From Clostridia bacterium (GTDB taxonomy: Bacteria; Bacillota; Clostridia; Christensenellales; UBA1242), in the NCBI GenBank assembly GCA_028709705.1, contig JAQVWL010000004.1:2639-66638 (forward strand): a stretch of DNA of 64,000 nucleotides. Direction: 5' to 3'. Below the pieces are notes generated by a model that saw nothing but the letters and a program-made list of their open reading frames with translations, was not told the origin of the DNA and did not search any database. Below are positions 62,461 to 64,000 of this stretch, one piece after another. Each line of letters opens with the position of its first letter. The first letter of the stretch is position 1. Both the position numbers and the translations under genes were made by a program.

Positions 62461-63069
62461 ATGAGATATTTTTTTACTTATTTTCTTATATGCTCAATAT
62501 TTTTATCAACTTTGATAAGTGGAGTTTTTTCTTATCCAATATTTTCTGGCACCGGTTCAATCACATCTAGTCAACAAACAATTTTAAACGACGCCAACGA
62601 AACCGAACCACATATAATTAGTTCACCTTTTAAGGTTAGCGTTGTAAACTTAAATTGGTTTGACACCGTAAATTCAATTTTTTCTAAATACAAAAACACA
62701 AGAGTGATTGATGTTTTGACAAAAACTGTTTATGTTGTGCAAAGAACGGGCGGTTATAACCACGCAGATGTTGAACCAATAAATGTAAGCAATATGCAAA
62801 AGTTTTATGGCATTTATAACAACACTTGGAGTTGGGCAAGGCGACCTGTTTGGGTAGAAATAAACAATATGTGGGTTGCGGGGTCTATCAATGGTATGCC
62901 ACACGGATATTCGCTTATCACAGACAACGGGCAGAACGGACATTCTTGCATACATTTTTTGCAAAGCAAAACGCACGGCACAAAAAGAGTTGATGAAGCA
63001 CACCAAAACGCCATTGCCTATGCTTTTGCTCATGGCAGTGAAATAAACGAAATTATTGATAGTTTGTAA
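62461..63069 (+). CDS. Exported protein with conserved His/Cys domain (putative L,D-transpeptidase-like wall enzyme)
   Basis: Signal/TM segment; NHADVEP, WSW.RRP, NGMPHG...NGHSCIHF..S.THG...D..HQ. Confidence 0.6.
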   Translation: MRYFFTYFLICSIFLSTLISGVFSYPIFSGTGSITSSQQTILNDANETEPHIISSPFKVSVVNLNWFDTVNSIFSKYKNTRVIDVLTKTVYVVQRTGGYNHADVEPINVSNMQKFYGIYNNTWSWARRPVWVEINNMWVAGSINGMPHGYSLITDNGQNGHSCIHFLQSKTHGTKRVDEAHQNAIAYAFAHGSEINEIIDSL

Positions 63070-63103
63070 AAAAACCGCAGGTAGTTTCCACTTGCGGTTT
63101 TTT
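63068..63103. terminator. Bidirectional intrinsic terminator
   Basis: aaaaaaaccgcag..gt..acttgcggttttttt. Confidence 0.85.
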
Positions 63104-63120
63104 TATTAAGTTTGGTAAAA

Positions 63121-63393
63121 TTAGTTAAAGTTTGCTTTAAAAGCCTTGCTAACTTTAAATGCTGGTGCATTTGAAGCAGGGATTTTAACTGCTTTTTTGG
63201 TTTGTGGGTTAATACCAGTTCTTGCAGCTTTTTTTCTCAATTCGAATGAACCGAATCCAAGAAGAGCAACTTTTTCTTTTTTCTTCAATGTTTTTGTAAC
63301 TACGCCAACAAATGCGTCATAAAATGTTTGTGCTTCCTTGATTGTAAATTTTGCTTCTTCAGCAACGGCTTTGATAAATTGTCCTTTATTCAT
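63121..63393 (-). CDS. hup: DNA-binding protein HU
   Basis: MNKGQFI, GFGSF..R..AARTGINPQT...I.A...PAFK; AAGGAG SD. Confidence 0.96.
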   Translation of the reverse strand: MNKGQFIKAVAEEAKFTIKEAQTFYDAFVGVVTKTLKKKEKVALLGFGSFELRKKAARTGINPQTKKAVKIPASNAPAFKVSKAFKANFN

Positions 63394-63493
63394 AATTTTC
63401 TCCTTTACCACTTGATTTTTCAAGTTAACTAATTATAACCGCTTTTTAAGGTTTTTCCAAATAAATATTTAAGTTTTTTTTAATAAAGGCAAC

Positions 63494-63529
63494 AAAAAAC
63501 CCCATTTTACACACAAAATAGGGTTTTTT
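63494..63529 (-). terminator. Intrinsic terminator after degV
   Basis: aaaaaacccc-atttt..aaaat-agggtttttt. Confidence 0.7.
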
Positions 63530-63541
63530 AGAACATATGTT

Positions 63542-64000
63542 TTACTTTTTCATATAAATAATGCCGATTGTGCCGGGTCCGCAATGCGAACAAATTGTTG
63601 AACCCGCTTGCATTTCTATCACTTCTTTGAAGCCAAGTTTGTTAACTTCTTCAACAAATTTTTCTTTTATTCCTACCATTTCTGACGAACTTGTGATAAA
63701 TGCTGTTGTGTAATCTGGTTGATTTTCTTCTATCATATCCTTCAAATATTTGTGCAAACAAGTATCAATTTTGCCAATATATTTTTTTGTTGCTTTCATT
63801 GAACCGTTTACAAGTTGCACCAAAACTTTTATGCCAAGCAAGTTTGCACCAAAGGCAGCAACCGAAGAACATCTTCCACCTTTTTTAAGATAATTTAATT
63901 TGCTAATCAAAAAAGATGCTTGAACTTTTTCAATCTCTTGGTCAAGTTCTTTCAAAATTGTTTCAACATCTTTGCCTGCTTTTATTTTTTCGGCACAAGA
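63542..64000 (-). CDS. DegV-family fatty-acid-binding protein (5'-truncated by the window edge)
   Basis: L.YLKKGGR.S, LGIK, I.SHCGPG.IGI; frame open to 64000. Confidence 0.9.
   Translation of the reverse strand, partial: SCAEKIKAGKDVETILKELDQEIEKVQASFLISKLNYLKKGGRCSSVAAFGANLLGIKVLVQLVNGSMKATKKYIGKIDTCLHKYLKDMIEENQPDYTTAFITSSSEMVGIKEKFVEEVNKLGFKEVIEMQAGSTICSHCGPGTIGIIYMKK

Noticed and set aside
59701-63069. Complete ICE or conjugative element around virB4
   Set aside because: No integrase, relaxase, coupling protein, VirB6, att repeats or obvious composition shift; the flanks are housekeeping genes.
63531-63542. LexA-box-like GAACATATGTTT
   Set aside because: It lies at the degV stop, before its terminator, rather than in a promoter, and no matching box was found upstream of uvrB; probably chance.

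Overview
AT-rich chromosomal backbone of a spore-forming Firmicute, most likely an uncultured Clostridia lineage. The inference rests on the rplU-prp-rpmA cluster, archaeal-type ND-AspRS with gatCAB, spoVB and DUF421/DUF4363. Most of the window is housekeeping: rpmG-secE-nusG-rplK-rplA, tig-clpP-clpX, sepF-lspA-rluD, groES-groEL, murI, rpsT, aspS-gatCAB, comEC-holA, uvrBA, ndk-hflX, hup and a partial degV. I see no rRNA, tRNA, CRISPR array, prophage or transposase. The unusual content is: (1) an 11.9 kb gene for a 3964-aa predicted surface protein apparently co-transcribed with cardiolipin synthase; (2) an orphan PrgI/VirB3-like-VirB4 fusion ATPase with no other conjugation genes, flanked by a 125-nt rod-like hairpin, an 888-aa repeat protein and a divergent exported His/Cys putative wall enzyme; (3) many genes that look leaderless, including several behind sporulation sigmaE/sigmaG-like promoters; (4) a bacterial ceramide-synthase-like (YghO-family) GNAT; (5) tandem 139-aa orphan paralogues; and (6) a REP-like hairpin bracketed by a 17-bp direct repeat. 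All family assignments come from motif recognition by eye, not database searches.
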